Shown: one piece after another, positions 36,701 through 51,044 of the stretch
Numbering within the stretch: the stretch's first letter is position 1
Layout: the number at the start of each line of letters is the position of its first letter
Assembly (NCBI GenBank): GCA_964247055.1
Contig: OZ176053.1
Span: 11,284,001-11,348,000 of the forward strand
Source: Paragordius varius
Lineage: Eukaryota; Animalia; Nematomorpha
Length of the DNA stretch: 64,000 nt
Reading direction: 5' to 3'
Notes under the pieces: model-generated
The model's database searches: none
What the model was told of the DNA's origin: nothing
Seen by the model: only the letters and a program-made list of their open reading frames with translations
Translations under genes and position numbers: made by a program

Positions 36701-39700
36701 AACTATATTATTAAATACACCAATAGCACTAGACAACAAATTTTTCTGCCACTCGAGTTTTTTGCATTTTCTGTTATTTACTATCATTTTAACAGTAAAT
36801 TTCAAATCAAAATTATAATTCCATCTAATTAATTTGATTTTTTTGATTATGCGCCCTCTTTATCAAATTACTAAAAAATGTTTTTCTATAAAAATATACA
36901 AAAACTGCCCATTAGTAATATATCATTCAAAAGAGTAATCAAAACTATATAAAATGCATACTAATATGTATTACATCGACAGTTAATATTGGACACAAAG
37001 AGCGACAAACGCGCGAAGCGAGAGCATTTTTTTAAATTATTATATTTTAACAAATGGATGAAAATAGCTCAAACTTTGTTTAGATGGTGATGAATGTCCA
37101 AAAAAGATAACACAAGAAAGTTTTTTTTATTAAAATATTTATTTTTTGCTTTTCTGCCATTCAAAACACCTATTTTTAAGTTTTTTGTTATAAAATTTAC
37201 CATCTCATCAATTTTCTTTAGCAGGCTTATAGTTTCAAAATTTTATAGATTAAAAACAAGGTTTCAAGTATCTTGGATAATTTTAACGATATGTAATAAA
37301 TTTACAGTTATAACTATGCATATTAGTATCAGGTAAAATAATTTTGATAAAGTAATTTTTATTTAAAACCAAACCAAAAGCTTTTTCAAAGTTTTTTTTT
37401 TAAAAATTAATACTAGTGTAACCCTAATTATATTAAAAAGATTATATGATTTTTAAATTAGTTAGTCTGTAAAATATTTTGACTTATTTAAGGGTTGAAA
37501 ATTCTTTTCATATAAACCTAAATAACTTTCACATCAGATTGATTTAAATGACTAACTACCATTCGGAAGATACAGTTTTTTGAGCTCTTTCGAATGATAT
37601 AAAACATATGGCTCTGTGTCTAAAACTTTTTATTTTGAAAATTTCGATTTAATGAGCCAAAAATTATCGATAGACCCTAGTAAAATAATACTCTTGGGTG
37701 TTATACCAATTTTCTTTTCATTATACTATTTATGTACTTTACTAAAATAAATTTTAAATTTACAAGAATGGCAGTTAAAAATAGTTAAAATTTGTTGTCT
37801 AGTGTAATTATTAGCGAAATATAAATAAAAATACCTAATGTTGAAACGAACATGATCATAAACCCAATAAACATTGGAACTTCGTAACCTATCCTTGTGC
37901 AAACACATATATTAAAAAAATATTAATTTCAATTTTTTAAGATTACACATATTAATATCAAATAATATCAATCTATATCTAAAATGATAAAAATGGAACC
38001 GAAATCAGGACCACTTGAAAAATAATAAAAATAAACAAATTTTGGTGGCAAATAATTTTTTTAAAACCGTAACCATTTTTTTCGGAATCGAAACCAAATA
38101 CAAATACGCCTTCTTTAATCATGTACGATTTTTATTAGCATCGTGCTTAAATTAGCGAAGATAGAAAAAACTATCCCAATTTCATCAACTATACGATTTA
38201 CAATTCAACTTCACCCTTGAACAACTCAAATTCACCCTTGAACAATTCAAATTCCTTTAAACAATTTAAATTTACCCTAAAATAAATTATTTGTTAATTA
38301 AAAATTACCTATATTTTAATATATTTTATAAAATAAAATTTTGTTTAATAAAACAATAATCAAAAAAAATAATCAACTATGCCATAAAGATATAGTTTAT
38401 ATTAATAATACGAAAACACATAATTGGTTTTTTAGGGTGATTTTAAATGTAAATGGTATATATTAATTTATAGCGAAGGTAACCAAAACGGAATATGTTA
38501 AATCTTAATGATTTTTAATTTAAAAAATGCATTTGATTTTTGTCTCAGAGATTAAAACTTGTAAAAAATATGTTTTTGCTAAAGTGTGATTATGTGATAA
38601 TATATTTATATAACAGCTGATTATGTAACCGATTATTATGAGAAATTTGCTAAATAAAATGCGTCTTAAAGTTCGAACCATAATATATTTTTGTTTGCCA
38701 CAATTTTCAACGATTTAAAAAAATTAAAAAAGATTGGAGGCAAAAAGTTTGAAATGTGATATTTTTCCAAAACATTATTAAATATTTTAATAATGGGGTG
38801 AAAATGGAATGCAGTTTCAATTTCTAACAACAGATATATGATTTTGAAATCGATTTAGGGTAAACTACCACAAAAGGTGAGAATTTATTTTTATTAAAAT
38901 AATTGTTAGACCTTTATCCTCAACAGTAATGTGATTTAACAAAATGTGAATGGACATAGTAATTAGACAAAAAACATGAAAAATATAAGAATAACTTTTG
39001 AGTCAAATTTCCGACAAACGGATTCGTGATCAGCTGAACCATGGCTTTAGAAGCAAACATAATACCAACTTTAACATTTTGATTGACCAATATGTGATGT
39101 TTAATACGATCAAAACTGCGATTCGTTTTATCGACAAGCATATAATTTAGATTCTTAATGCCGTCCAATGTAATTTTATCACTTGGCAATTTATTGGGCA
39201 TGTTTAATTGGGATGTATGTGATTGTTGAACGAAAAAATGGCCATATAATTGACTTAAATCTCGCATTGGGATATCTTTTTCCAAGGCTTCGAGGGCTGA
39301 AAGGTTGACGTATTCTATATCGCGTCCATTATTATAATTGTTAGAGGGGTTCTCAAGATTAATATTTTTATTATGGGTCCTATGAGAATGTACGGCCATT
39401 TCTTGTTGTTTAATATATTTTTGAAGGGTTTGTCGGTAGAAAAAATCCGGAATGATGGGAACTATAATTAAATTACATTATATATAAAAATAACAACTGA
39501 GAAAGTCTATTAAAGCTTTTGAATAACACTTTACTTTGTCTTAAAATGTGGGACGGCATTGCTGGTAGCCATCCTAAAATTGTACATTAACATACAAACT
39601 ATCAAGTATATGATATTTTTTAATTAAGTGGGTTTTTATATATAGCAAGACGATTACCGAAATCTAAACCAAGCTTTCCAATAAAAATTGAAGAAAAATT

Positions 39701-42171
39701 GATTTTAATCCATACCATTTTTTATAACATTCAAACATTATCATCTATGAAAGCATAACTAACAATGTTACTTTACTTAAGGAAATTACGGCTGTGTAGA
39801 AAAGTCAGCTTTGTGTAAATAGGTTTCAAAAATTTAGAACAATTGCTATCAAGTATATCAATTGACAAAAGTGGGAGAAATTACTCCAAATTGCTATAGT
39901 ACACTCTGCGTACGGGAAATTAAGAAGGAAAATTTCTATTCAATAGTTATTTTTGATTCCTTATTTTCCACATACGCCAGATCATTAATAAAACCCTCTT
40001 AAGCTTTCAAGTCATCAGGAAACTTGTATTACAATAAAATATATATTAAATAAATTAACCATGAGTTTCTTTCATTCATTTTTAAATGATAACAATTTCT
40101 CGGATATCCATTTTCGCACTACAAAAAAATTTGACGTGCTAATTATTCCGGTCTGCGCTTGCAAAATTAAGTAAATATTCATAAAAGCATTCAATGGTGC
40201 TAAAAATAATTTAGTTAGCATAACAAAAGTATTATTTGTAAATATTTTTCATCCATTAAATAGGCGGTAACATGACATAAAATGTCTTTTATTTAGTATG
40301 TTATATGAAACGAAAGTAACAAAAAAATTTTCTATTTCTATTATAAATATTGTAATAAACAGAAAACGATTCTTGATCAAAAAATGCTGAAATCAATATT
40401 ATACATTTTAATGTTTAAAACAAATATTATTTTCCACACAAAGAGTATACAGTCAAAATTGAATTTATACGGGGAAAATGTAAAAAAGACAAATATATTT
40501 TTCTTAAAAACATCCAAACTATAAAATCTATATTTCTTTATATACTCATTGATTTAATATTTAATGTATAAAATAGATATATATATATATATATATATTG
40601 GTAACACAATCATTTATATATTTTACGATGTTATCATATGCTTTTAATTGTATAAATAAAGGTTAAAAAAGTATGGTTTTATTTTCAAAAAAATTGTTGA
40701 CTTTATATTTATACGTTTTGTCCGTATAATTTCAATTTTTACTATCGTAATTACTCGAATTTGCGTTTATAGTTTATCACGTCTAACCCATCAACTTTTA
40801 CCAGGTGTATTCAGAAGTGTTTACCATTTTGTAGTAAATAAGTAATATTTTTAAAATCAAATATATTCAAACTATTATCAATCGGCTTCCAAACATTTTG
40901 CCAATCTTCTAGGTAGTATATAAATGCGTGCCAGAAAAATTTGTCTTATGCAAAAAATAATTCGTTAAGCCATTTTCCAACTTCGAAATTATTGAAGTGA
41001 TGCTCTGTAGTGTGCCCCATTGATTCGAAGTTGTGTTAGTCAGATGGCGTCAGGAAGTGAGTTCAGCAGATGCTGGAAAATAACCCATTGAAAAAATTTT
41101 AAGGTGTCTTTCATGGTTTTGCTGTTAGAACCAAAGCATTGTCATGTAACAAATTGATGGCTCATCCTGGTTGTTTTCCGGTTAATGCATGGTTTTAATT
41201 AGGTATTCAATTATTTTGATTAACAATTTCAGGGGATCTCAAAAATTTATACCGTTTTGGTTCAACCAAACACAGAGCAGGTGTTATTTCCGAATAGAAT
41301 AGCATTGGTGTTGAATCGGCTTAGCCAGTTGAAAGTCCCGAATTTTCGGCTTTGTATATGCAAAATAAAGTCATCATCACTCGTCCCAATTCGATCCAAA
41401 AATGAGCTTTTTTACAAAGTTGAAGAACAATTTCACTAGTTCTTTTGCAATTTTTTATTTGACGTTCATTCAAATTGTGTGGGACTCATTCATCGAGTTT
41501 ATTAGTATAAGCCATTTATCGTATATCATCTCTATTGATTATTTTTTGTGATGTAATTTTGCCAATTGCTGTAAAGTCTGATTTGGATCATTATCCAATT
41601 ACTTTATTCACTTTAGCGTCTTCCTAGTTGTGCAAACGATAATTTGCAATAGCCTATAGCAAGGCAAGCCGCTAACTTTCTTTTACAAGACTATAGCTTA
41701 TGGTAAACTTAAATTGTAGGTGTTTGTAGTTTAATATTAAATGAACAAAATGCGTTATGTATAATCGTCTGCGTACTTTTCGCTGACATCTTCCCTCAAT
41801 CAAACCGGTATGAACTTATTAAAACACTGGTGCTCATTTTAGCTGTTAATTATTGCACGGTTAGAGGTTTCTACATCACTCAAAGAGCTTAAATGCTAAT
41901 AAATTTCAGTTATAAACAACACAAAATTAAAACTCGCCTCTATATTACCACTAACTAGTCAAATTTTAAACAAAAAAAGTTACATTCAATTAATATTATA
42001 TTAAACGGATATACCTATAATTGTGAGTAATACATTATCCAACAAAATAGCTAGAAAAACCACGAATAAAATCATTTTTCTGGAAGCGGCTGTCTTTCTC
42101 ATAACATGTTGCGTATTTGCATTTTCAAGAGATCTGGATGAGCCCGCTTCATTCAGCACAATAGATTCCAT
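30780..42171 (-). CDS. VMAT: Vesicular monoamine transporter (SLC18 family), multi-exon
   Basis: Exons at 42171-42015 ([13 protein letters not shown]), 39461-38996 (PIIP...[17 protein letters not shown]), 37893-37835, 35839-35756 (RAVQGIGSS), ~35412-35232 ([26 protein letters not shown]), ~35055-34954, ~34757-34660 (MLEPSLPIW), and further exons encoding [17 protein letters not shown] and [10 protein letters not shown]. Closer to VMAT than to VAChT. The last exon (30854-30780, ALVDG...NVN*) is inferred. Confidence 0.93.
31220..31660 (+). mobile_element. Penelope-like element 3' remnant
   Basis: [20 protein letters not shown] resembles the end of the GIY-YIG ORF of PLEs; the rest is decayed. 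Confidence 0.45.
32158..32384. mobile_element. MITE family D copy
   Basis: AATTCACCCC.../...GGGTGAATT inverted repeated motifs, followed by (TA)n. Confidence 0.6.
36093..36606. mobile_element. MITE family B copy (VMAT intron)
   Basis: CTTCGATTCAAATTGG ... CCAATTTGAATCGAGG inverted ends. Confidence 0.7.
38197..38459. mobile_element. MITE family D copy
   Basis: Tandem TTCACCCTTGAACAA(C/T)TCAAA units at the left end and TTTAGGGTGA at the right end. Confidence 0.55.
40801..41830 (-). mobile_element. Decayed mariner (Mos1-like) transposon in VMAT intron 1
   Basis: TA|CCAGGTGT terminus at 40801; frameshifted transposase motifs [22 protein letters not shown] and [17 protein letters not shown]; the 5' TIR near 41830 is degenerate. 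Confidence 0.8.
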
Positions 42172-42930
42172 GTTAGTTGGGTAAAAAAATCAAAAATAAT
42201 ATATTTCCGTTGTCGTTTGTCTATTCCAAGCAGCAACCATCATTTCATTATTTTGTAAAAATATATTTTTTTTGTTCAAATTAAAATTTTTGTAATTGGA
42301 TTTCATGCATAAAAACTCATTATCTCTTATTATGTGGTTATTTATGAATCGCCTAAATGGATAGATGAGCAGTACTGATAAAATAAATAGTTTTTTGCAA
42401 GGAATATGTTATTACAAGTGTCAAACATTGATAGATAAAATGCGAATAGATCCAAATAATTTTTTAACTATATAAATCCTCGTAAAATCTATCAATATAA
42501 ATGCGTTTTTATTGAAAATGAATTTTAAACAAGAATTTGCATGAAGGATAGATACTAAATAAATTTGTGACATTTTAAGTATTTATTAACAATTTTTATA
42601 ATAAAATAGAGTTATAAATATATTTAATAACATTAATTAATATTTATTTATTTTGTTATTTTTCGCAAGGTTGTATATAAACTACTTAAAATTAAGTTAC
42701 ACACACATATCAAATCAACCAACTATTTATGTATAATAAATTATTTTTTTTCTTCATTATAGGACTTAAAGGTATAAGCAAATAATATTTCTTTATACTT
42801 ACTTTCTATAAGCACCAACTGTTTTAACTAACAAAACCCTGAAAACTTTATACCAATGCCAAAAATTATTTTTGTAAATATACATTTTCCACTGTATATT
42901 CCAAGACTATGTTATAAAACACTCTGTGGC

Positions 42931-42967
<37 letters not shown>

Positions 42968-45215
42968 TAAGTTAATAAATATCCGTCCAATGTATAAAAA
43001 CAACCGCGCAATACTCATAAGTTACCAATATGTCTCTTTCATTAAGTGGGAGTTAAGAGCTTGCTTAGGAAAATTATGAAAATAATAATAAAACAACTTA
43101 ATTTTTATTATGTTTGCGCAAAATTAGCATTAAATTAGAGAATTATGAATATTAATTTTTTTCAAAAATATATAATATTTTAAGTGGCTAAACAGTATAT
43201 AACCTACCGTAGAGCCTCTCATTTGATTAATAGATGGTGGGTTTATTTATTTCGATAGATTATCATTCTTCGGAACGATTTGCTGTTAATTATTAATATA
43301 TTACAGATTGTTAATTTTTGTAAAACATAGATAAAAATTATAAAACTATTAAAATTTCAAATTAAAAATTAAGTGTTCAGAATATTAATTATTGTACATT
43401 TTGATGTTAATATTTGTTTTTTTTCAACAATTTAAATAGTATCAGTATCAGGGGTTAAACAACATCAATCTAACTTGATAGTTTCAATCTGTAAAAGACT
43501 CCCAATCCCCTTCACAGCAAAATCTTCACACGGGGCGTTGATTACAAAAGTTTGATTTATCTAATATAAATATAGAAGTTATATTTAAAGTTAAAGCGAT
43601 TTACATTAATTTAAAAATTTATTTATATTTTAATAATCTTAATTATAATGACATATTTTTTATTTTTGTTATTTTTTAATGGTATATTATTATTAGATAT
43701 ATTCAAAGGATAAATAATTATATTGCTAAATCCTTTTGACTTGCAGCTTGAAATAAGTAATGTATTTTTAATTCTGTTAATATTATCGTATTTATTATGG
43801 CTACATTTTTTATTTGAGTTCAAAAATTCAGTTTAAAATTTAATTTTTAATATGTTTTTTTGTATCAGCGAAAAAGACAGAATGAGTTTACATCAAATAT
43901 TATAGTATGCAATTTGCCTAATTTAATACTAATAGTTTATTTTTAATAATAGCTGGGTTATTATAAAGGATCTAACAGAGTTATAGCATTTTTACACGAA
44001 TTACAAATAGCCAAAGATATCTAAGGATAATTCTTAAGCTCAAGAGTTATATATATAATTTTTATATTATGCACCACATTTACATAACAATTTATCTAAT
44101 TTATCATGCGTAAAGTACCAAATCGGATTTCGCAATTTAAATGAAAAAAATATTTATGCAATACTAACATTGACAATGAATAAATGGAAAAATTTACATA
44201 TTTATTGTGATTGGAAAAAAATCATTTATTATATAAATCGATAATCGGTTTGCGGAGAAGTTTTTGTACAAAATGATTAATTTAACATTCACATTTACGT
44301 ATTATACGTGATGACATCTTTAGTTATAGCATTTCATCTAATTAATTTATTTTTAAGCAATTGAATAATTTTAAAAGTTAAAATCTTTCCTTGCCAAAAA
44401 GGATCTGGCTCATGATATTGTAAAAGACCGTGATTGAAACGCTTTAAAAATATACAATTAGTCGAAACAAGAGTTATCCATATGATATTTTTGGTATAAA
44501 AAGGCATTAAAAAATATCGTAAATGAGTTTTATTTATTTTTTACAATTACGTTAATGATGAAGTAAATGAATCAAAAGCAATGTTGGGATATACAAAATC
44601 TAATTGATTAGTTTTGTTAACATCAGGGTTTGGCACGATCTGAGTGACCATGCCTACTCGTCAATTTTGATGGGTGCAAAATTTTGTGTGAAAATAATTT
44701 CCAATCCAAAAAATTTTTTGATTTTGACAACGCAATAAATTGACCGTACAAATAATTTCATCATATATACATGGTTTTATATAAAAATATACCATAATAT
44801 ATTCACAACATACAACCAACCATACAAAGTTTCCTCTATTTTAATAGAATAAAGATTACCTCTAAAGAACTATTTTTTTAGGGAAAGGGCGGTGTTTTAT
44901 AAATGAATTAATGTCGATATTTAGTCCTATTATTGATAAATGAAGTTGGATATATTTTTGAATTTCTAATTTTGCCGTTTCGTTATATCAATGATAATTT
45001 TATAAAACCATTGCACAGGAAAAAATGAAGACAAAAAAATTGTTGATTTTAACAACAAACATGCAAGCGAAACCAACACAAAACTACTAAAAAATAACAT
45101 TTTAAGTCTCATTAATTCGAATTCCTCTTTTCCAAATAAAATTCATAAGGCTAAAAAGCAAACTTATATAAGTGAAAGGCAAACTCGTAATGCAAACGAA
45201 ATAAATAACTTGGTG

Positions 45216-45712
45216 CAGTGGTTCCTAAAACGGGGGCGTAGAAAAATCTAGGGAGGGGGGGATTTGGGGAAACGGACCCTAAATCTTATTAAACATGTCT
45301 TTTATGTTTTAATAATTAGTTTATTTAATAGTATAAAGCTAGAGGATTGGGAAGCAGTCATTGTTAGATGGTTAAATTTAAACCTATTGCATCTAACTAT
45401 TTTTTCTTTTGGGTTTTACTATATATTAAAATAAAATACCGTTAAAAAGCTAAACATACAAATGGAAGTCATCAGCCTTAAATCAATCAAAAACTAAATA
45501 AAAAACAAATTAAAGGTTAAGGAGGATGTCAGAATATCAAGGTTTGTCCCTGAAATGGAAAAAATGTTTCAACAATTCTAGATTCAAGGATCTCCAACTC
45601 TGATTAATATAATAATTTTTGCCTTTTTATCGTATTTTAAGAAAGAGGGATGGGGCGCAACAATATTTTTTTTAATTTGGTGGGTGTGACCAAAAAAGGT
45701 TGTGAATATCGA
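45216..45712. mobile_element. hAT-type MITE related to 20113-20423
   Basis: CAGTGGTTCCTAAAACGGGGGCGTAGAAAAATCTAGGG start and a shared 3' part; right TIR degenerate. Confidence 0.6.
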
Positions 45713-46053
45713 CATAGATATTAAACATCTGTAATTATATTTTCAAATGTAAAAATAAATATTAAAGTTATTCATTTTAGAACTAAATAACATATACGGT
45801 TTAATTAAGGCGATTGTTTTACAATTTGCATGCCTTTGCAAATCAAGAGACTATTTCGGTGTCCCTGACCTATGGAATCGCCTTTCTGGGCTTACGGAGT
45901 TCCATCCCCGCTTACATATATTACAAATTGGTTGTTTCTAGCAACTGGTTATAGCGCCAGATAAACCCGCTTTATCATCTGTGTGAATGCAGGTATTGTG
46001 GTATTTTATAGGAAAAAAATGGTAATTATCTTTTTCCACCACACCTCACACAG

Positions 46054-46605
46054 ATGATTTCTTTCTTTGCCGCTCCCGTTGGTATTAACCAGGGTGCACC
46101 ACGCGGAGGTGGGAGTCGGACTTTGCACCCTCCACATTTAACTAACATATTTAATCTAATCTTGTCAACGAATCGCATCCCTAATGATTGGTCAAAAAGC
46201 ACCATCATACCCATTTATAATAACAAAGGAGACATACTCGTTTGTTCCTCCTACAGACCACTTAAGTTGTAAGAACACCCGTTAAAAATTTTTGAACCCA
46301 TTATTGAATCAAAACTAAGATCAATCGTTAGTATACAGGAATCACAATATGCCTATACCAAACAGTAGCACAATTGATGCAATCTTCATTATGAGGCTTA
46401 GATATTTCGGACACATCAAACGTGCTCCAGAACAATGGACAAATAAAATTTTATCTCTACATCCCGAAGGTAACAATCGCAGGGGTAGACCAACATTTAA
46501 CTGGAAAAAAACAATAAATAATGATTTAAGTGTTGCCATTGATGATAACGCCTGGCAGGATCGCAAATATTACAGACAGCTTCTATACGGATACAGCCAT
46601 TAAAC
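46054..46605 (+). mobile_element. RTE-type LINE remnant with a large internal deletion
   Basis: RT N-terminal motifs (IPNDWSKSTIIPIY.KGD...YRPLKL; STIDAIFIMR) are joined directly to the C-terminal LRYFGHI...RRGRP. Confidence 0.75.
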
Positions 46606-47358
46606 AAATACCCTAACTAAATAACAAAAAAGAGTAGTTTATAGATATTAGCAAAAAATTATCATTGTAGGATGAAAATTCTTAAATTATTTCTCAATCC
46701 ATATTTTATGTAAGCATTTTGTTTTTGTGCCTGTAATTATAGTTTGCTTAAAACAATATTCATTTCAGGCAAATAGTAATTAGAAAATTCACTAATTTCA
46801 TGTAATTTATTTTAGTGTGTTATGGATGGAAGAAGCTCACACAAACATATTTTTTATATATATATATATATATATAGATTATGTAAAAACAATGATTATA
46901 AATACATACAATTTAAAACTTTCACATATTTTATATAAATAAAATAACTTACCACCAATATTTAGTGTCAGTTTTGGTAATTTAAAAGAAAGGGAAATGA
47001 TTAAATTTGGTTATATAATAATGATAGATCACATCAAAACCATCATTCCATAAAAATATGCTTGTTATGTCATTTAAAAGGATTCGTAGACGAATTCGAG
47101 TGTAAAAATTAAATTAGTCATAAATGAATGATACATTAGGCCACATTTAAAATAAGAGTTACAAAAATCAGAAAAAAGTATATAACACCAATCAGTGAGT
47201 AGTAGTTAATAATATAAAGAAAAAAGAGTGGTAGTATTAGTATTGAGTAATAAGGTGAAGAAATATGGAGCACAATGTAGTATGATGTATAAGAGCATAC
47301 AAAAGAAGAGTCTTGTACAAAAGATATATCAAGTTTCAAAGAATTTCCCCAGTCAAGC

Positions 47359-50300
47359 CTAAGCCGATTTGCTAACTACAATGACTTTAGGGTCTGAGGG
47401 ATAACGCATATCGATGTAAAACTCCTTGAATTTATCAAAACCGGCCAACACACCAGCCCCAGCTATCCCACGCAAAATGTTTGCTCCGGCGCCTTTCATG
47501 AGAGACATGGCACCTAAAAAATTTGGAATAATATATATATAATAAAATGATCAAATTTCACACAACAAAGCATAAATCTAATGTAGTAGAAAAACATAAT
47601 TGATTATAAGTTGGGTGGAAAATTTAATCGATCAAAAAATAACATTTTACAGTTACGAGGAGCATTAATAGAATTTAAAACCATATGCTAAAACAAAAAT
47701 TTTCATAGTGTTAAAATTAACAAAGGGTAAATATTAATAAATATTGTTTTTATTTCAAACATACTTTAAAACTTAATTTTTTATATAACAATCAATGCAA
47801 AAATTATAATGTAAATTGGTAAGTCTTTAATTATATGTTTCGCAATCATTATTGAGATTATAATCAAAACCTAAAAAAGTATAACTCTCTTTATATCAAA
47901 AATATTAGGGCATCTAAATTTTTCCATTTTGCCTTTATTATAGTTTTTTATTGCAAGTTAAGGTAAGAACTAACCTTCTTTAGCTATAATTTGTCGTGTG
48001 GCATCAATACTTCCCTTATATTTAACGGCTTGACCACTGGTCATCATCATACGTCGTCGAATAGTATCAATAGGGTAGGAAATAAGACCCGAGGTGACTG
48101 TTACCCCATATCCCAGTAAAAATGAGGACATGAGATTGGCATTGTGACCAAGGAGTATGGGCTATTTTTTTCACATAACGTTACATTACAATTGAAATTT
48201 TATATAATTTTGGGTTTGCTTGTTCATTAAAATGAACAAAAATTAAATTTATCATATAATGAATGAAATAAATGTGGTGAACAGAGGCAGTAAAAAAATT
48301 GTAAATATAAAAATTAAACTTAAAATTACATCATTTTGCTTATTATTGAGCAATTGTGATATTGATAAAAATTCTTTAAATCAACAATTTTACGCGCACA
48401 AACCTGTATTAAAAATCGGTTAAAATTTATACTCTTTACCGGTTTTAAAACTGCTTAAAATATTTTTTTTACCTTGTCAAAAAAAGAAATATAGTTAAGT
48501 AACAAATAAATCACCTTGAGACTGTCATACAATCCAAAATAGAATCCACGATAAACGAAAATGCCAATACAACTAATGACGAACCCACGATATAATCCAG
48601 CAATCCCATCCGATTTTATGGTTTTCGAGTAAACGTCAACTATGCCATTGAATTGGCGTTCGCCTCCACCCTTTCCTGCAACTTTGGCATCGTTCGCAAG
48701 CCTAAAACACAAAATCGCGGAAAAATTTAATGTAAGTAATGTAATGATGATTAAATTTAACATGTATTTGTTTCGCGGTCCGACATATTTAAAATGCAGT
48801 CATTAACGGCCTTAACTAGTATTTAATACCATAAAAAGTGTATGTGCTTTACTCTAAAACGAACGATAATAATTGATCTAATAGGTCGATTATAAGTTAT
48901 AAAATAACGCTTAATATAATTTCACATTTTTCTATATTCAATAAATTTCATGACAACTTTTTATTTGCACCAAGCATTACACATTTTTTGATTGATTATT
49001 TCTAAGGATTTTGGTGACGGCCAATGAATTCATAGCCGACGAGATCCAGCAGCCACAAATGTTAAATAATAATAGATATAAAACTTTATTTTGTGGGGAT
49101 TAAGGGTTATACCCTTAAAACCTAAATGGTCAAAATGGCACCAAAAGGCTCAATCACAACTTTCGGGCATAAAAACTCCCCTAATTAAAAAACTGAGTCG
49201 ATGATTTGTTTAAAAAAATATTTTGTTAAAATAATACATTTCCGCTTTCGTGTGAATGGTCACAAAATAGCTTTATATAGGCCTTAAATTTTTGTGAACG
49301 CGTACTATTGGATAAACTTTAAATATAAGGCAAATATATGATAGTTAAAAATAAATTTAAACCTAACAAAAATAAAGTTTATTTAATTTTGAATTTAACG
49401 CCAAAAAGCGATTTTAAAGCTTTAATTCCTGTATGTCCTTAATGGTATATTTTTTATGTTACTAATAATATTTAGCGTTTAAAATTATTTTTAATATTTG
49501 CAAATAAAACTTGTTTCACGCGTTTTTGACAATAATATTTAATTTTATTCGATTTAATGTGCCACAAAAATGCAAATCGATTTTGGTTAACTGCATAAAA
49601 TTAAATTAACTTTTTTCCGATATATTAACCGCATTTATTTTCGATACTCATCACATTATCCCAAAGTTTTTAGCTATCGAAAGATATATTATTCAATGTA
49701 GCATCTTGTGACATATAGCCCTTATTATATATCAAAAGTAATTTCATACTATTTTTGGTATATTTAAAAAATTATAGATTTCATTTTATAAACATAAATT
49801 AAATTCAAAATTAAACCATAGGATATTTATCAAATAAATCACAAACATTTAATTAAATACCCAAATTTAATAAGCTAAAAAATAGATGCTCTTGGAACTA
49901 ATTTATATGCATTACCTAAACAAGTATAATTTTTTTGTAAAATTCTTTGAATATATTGTAGTCTATATTAGAGTGGTCTCAGCGGCCCTAGAATTATTCC
50001 TCTACGAATAAGTCACAAACAGCAATGACATATTTATCGATATTATATGGTGCACGCCCCTTGAGATAAATATTTTTTGAAGCCCTTTAAATGTTTGGGT
50101 GGGAACCACTGCTATATTAAAAGTGGTGTAATTTTACAATGTTATTAAAATATGGCCTGCGGTATGACCCTTGTATCAGAGTTTTGACAAAAATTAATTA
50201 TTAAAATATTTGTAACGACAAAATTATATATAAAGTCGGAATCAGTTATCTTAAAACTTATAATATTATTCTACAATCACTTATTAAAAGTCTATCTAAA

Positions 50301-51044
50301 AATAATTTTATGGAAAATACAGCTTTAATTTCTCTAACATAATTAATATAAAATGGATTATTATCATAATAATTTAAATTTTGCTTTTTATCGCATGCTG
50401 TGATGTTTGTAACTTTTTTAAAGGTCATATTTTGCAAAATATATCAAAATTAAAATATTTTAACATATATATTAAGAATATATTAAACAATTAATCAATC
50501 ATTTCGTGATATATTAAATTTTAAAAATATTTAATAAATGTATAAACCTGGTACGACAATAGTCTAAGGAATACACAAATAAAAGAGAGAGTGACCCCGC
50601 TACACCTCCTGACATAATATTCTTAGCAAATTTTGAAGGATACGATTCATTAGGGTTTGCTTTAAACATGCTTTTTACTTGATCCTAAAAAATTATAATT
50701 CAAATACTTTAAATGCAAAATTTAACGCTTGAGTTGGAAAATATCTAATCACGTTAGCCAAATTTCCTCTCCAAAATGGTAATATACCCTCATTTCTAAA
50801 TGTTTTAACGGTACAATCAATTACACCTTTATATGGTTCTGCCAAACGTCCAACCTAAAAATAAATTTATAATTAATACCTTGATCATTTCATCTTGATT
50901 CTGGATTAACAATTTGACGCGTTCAATTGGAGCTGCCGCAGTTTTAGAAATAATAGCTGCAGCACCACTAAGAACAAAACTTTCGACAAAATTAAGTTTT
51001 ATTCCTTTTTTACCACCTTTAGCTGAACCGCCGTTTTCTGACAT
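47359..51044 (-). CDS. ANT: Mitochondrial ADP/ATP carrier (SLC25 ANT family), 6 exons
   Basis: Exons 51044-50880, 50854-50708, 50684-50548, 48701-48515, 48161-47975 and ~47514-47359; motifs [60 protein letters not shown] (ANT signature) and [10 protein letters not shown]. Confidence 0.96.

Noticed and set aside
42670-44020. Possible plus-strand exon chain divergent from VMAT (e.g. RKRQNEFTSNII|LGYYKGSNRVIAFLHELQIAKDI*)
   Set aside because: Splice-like sites are abundant in AT-rich DNA; no consistent frame or homology could be assembled.
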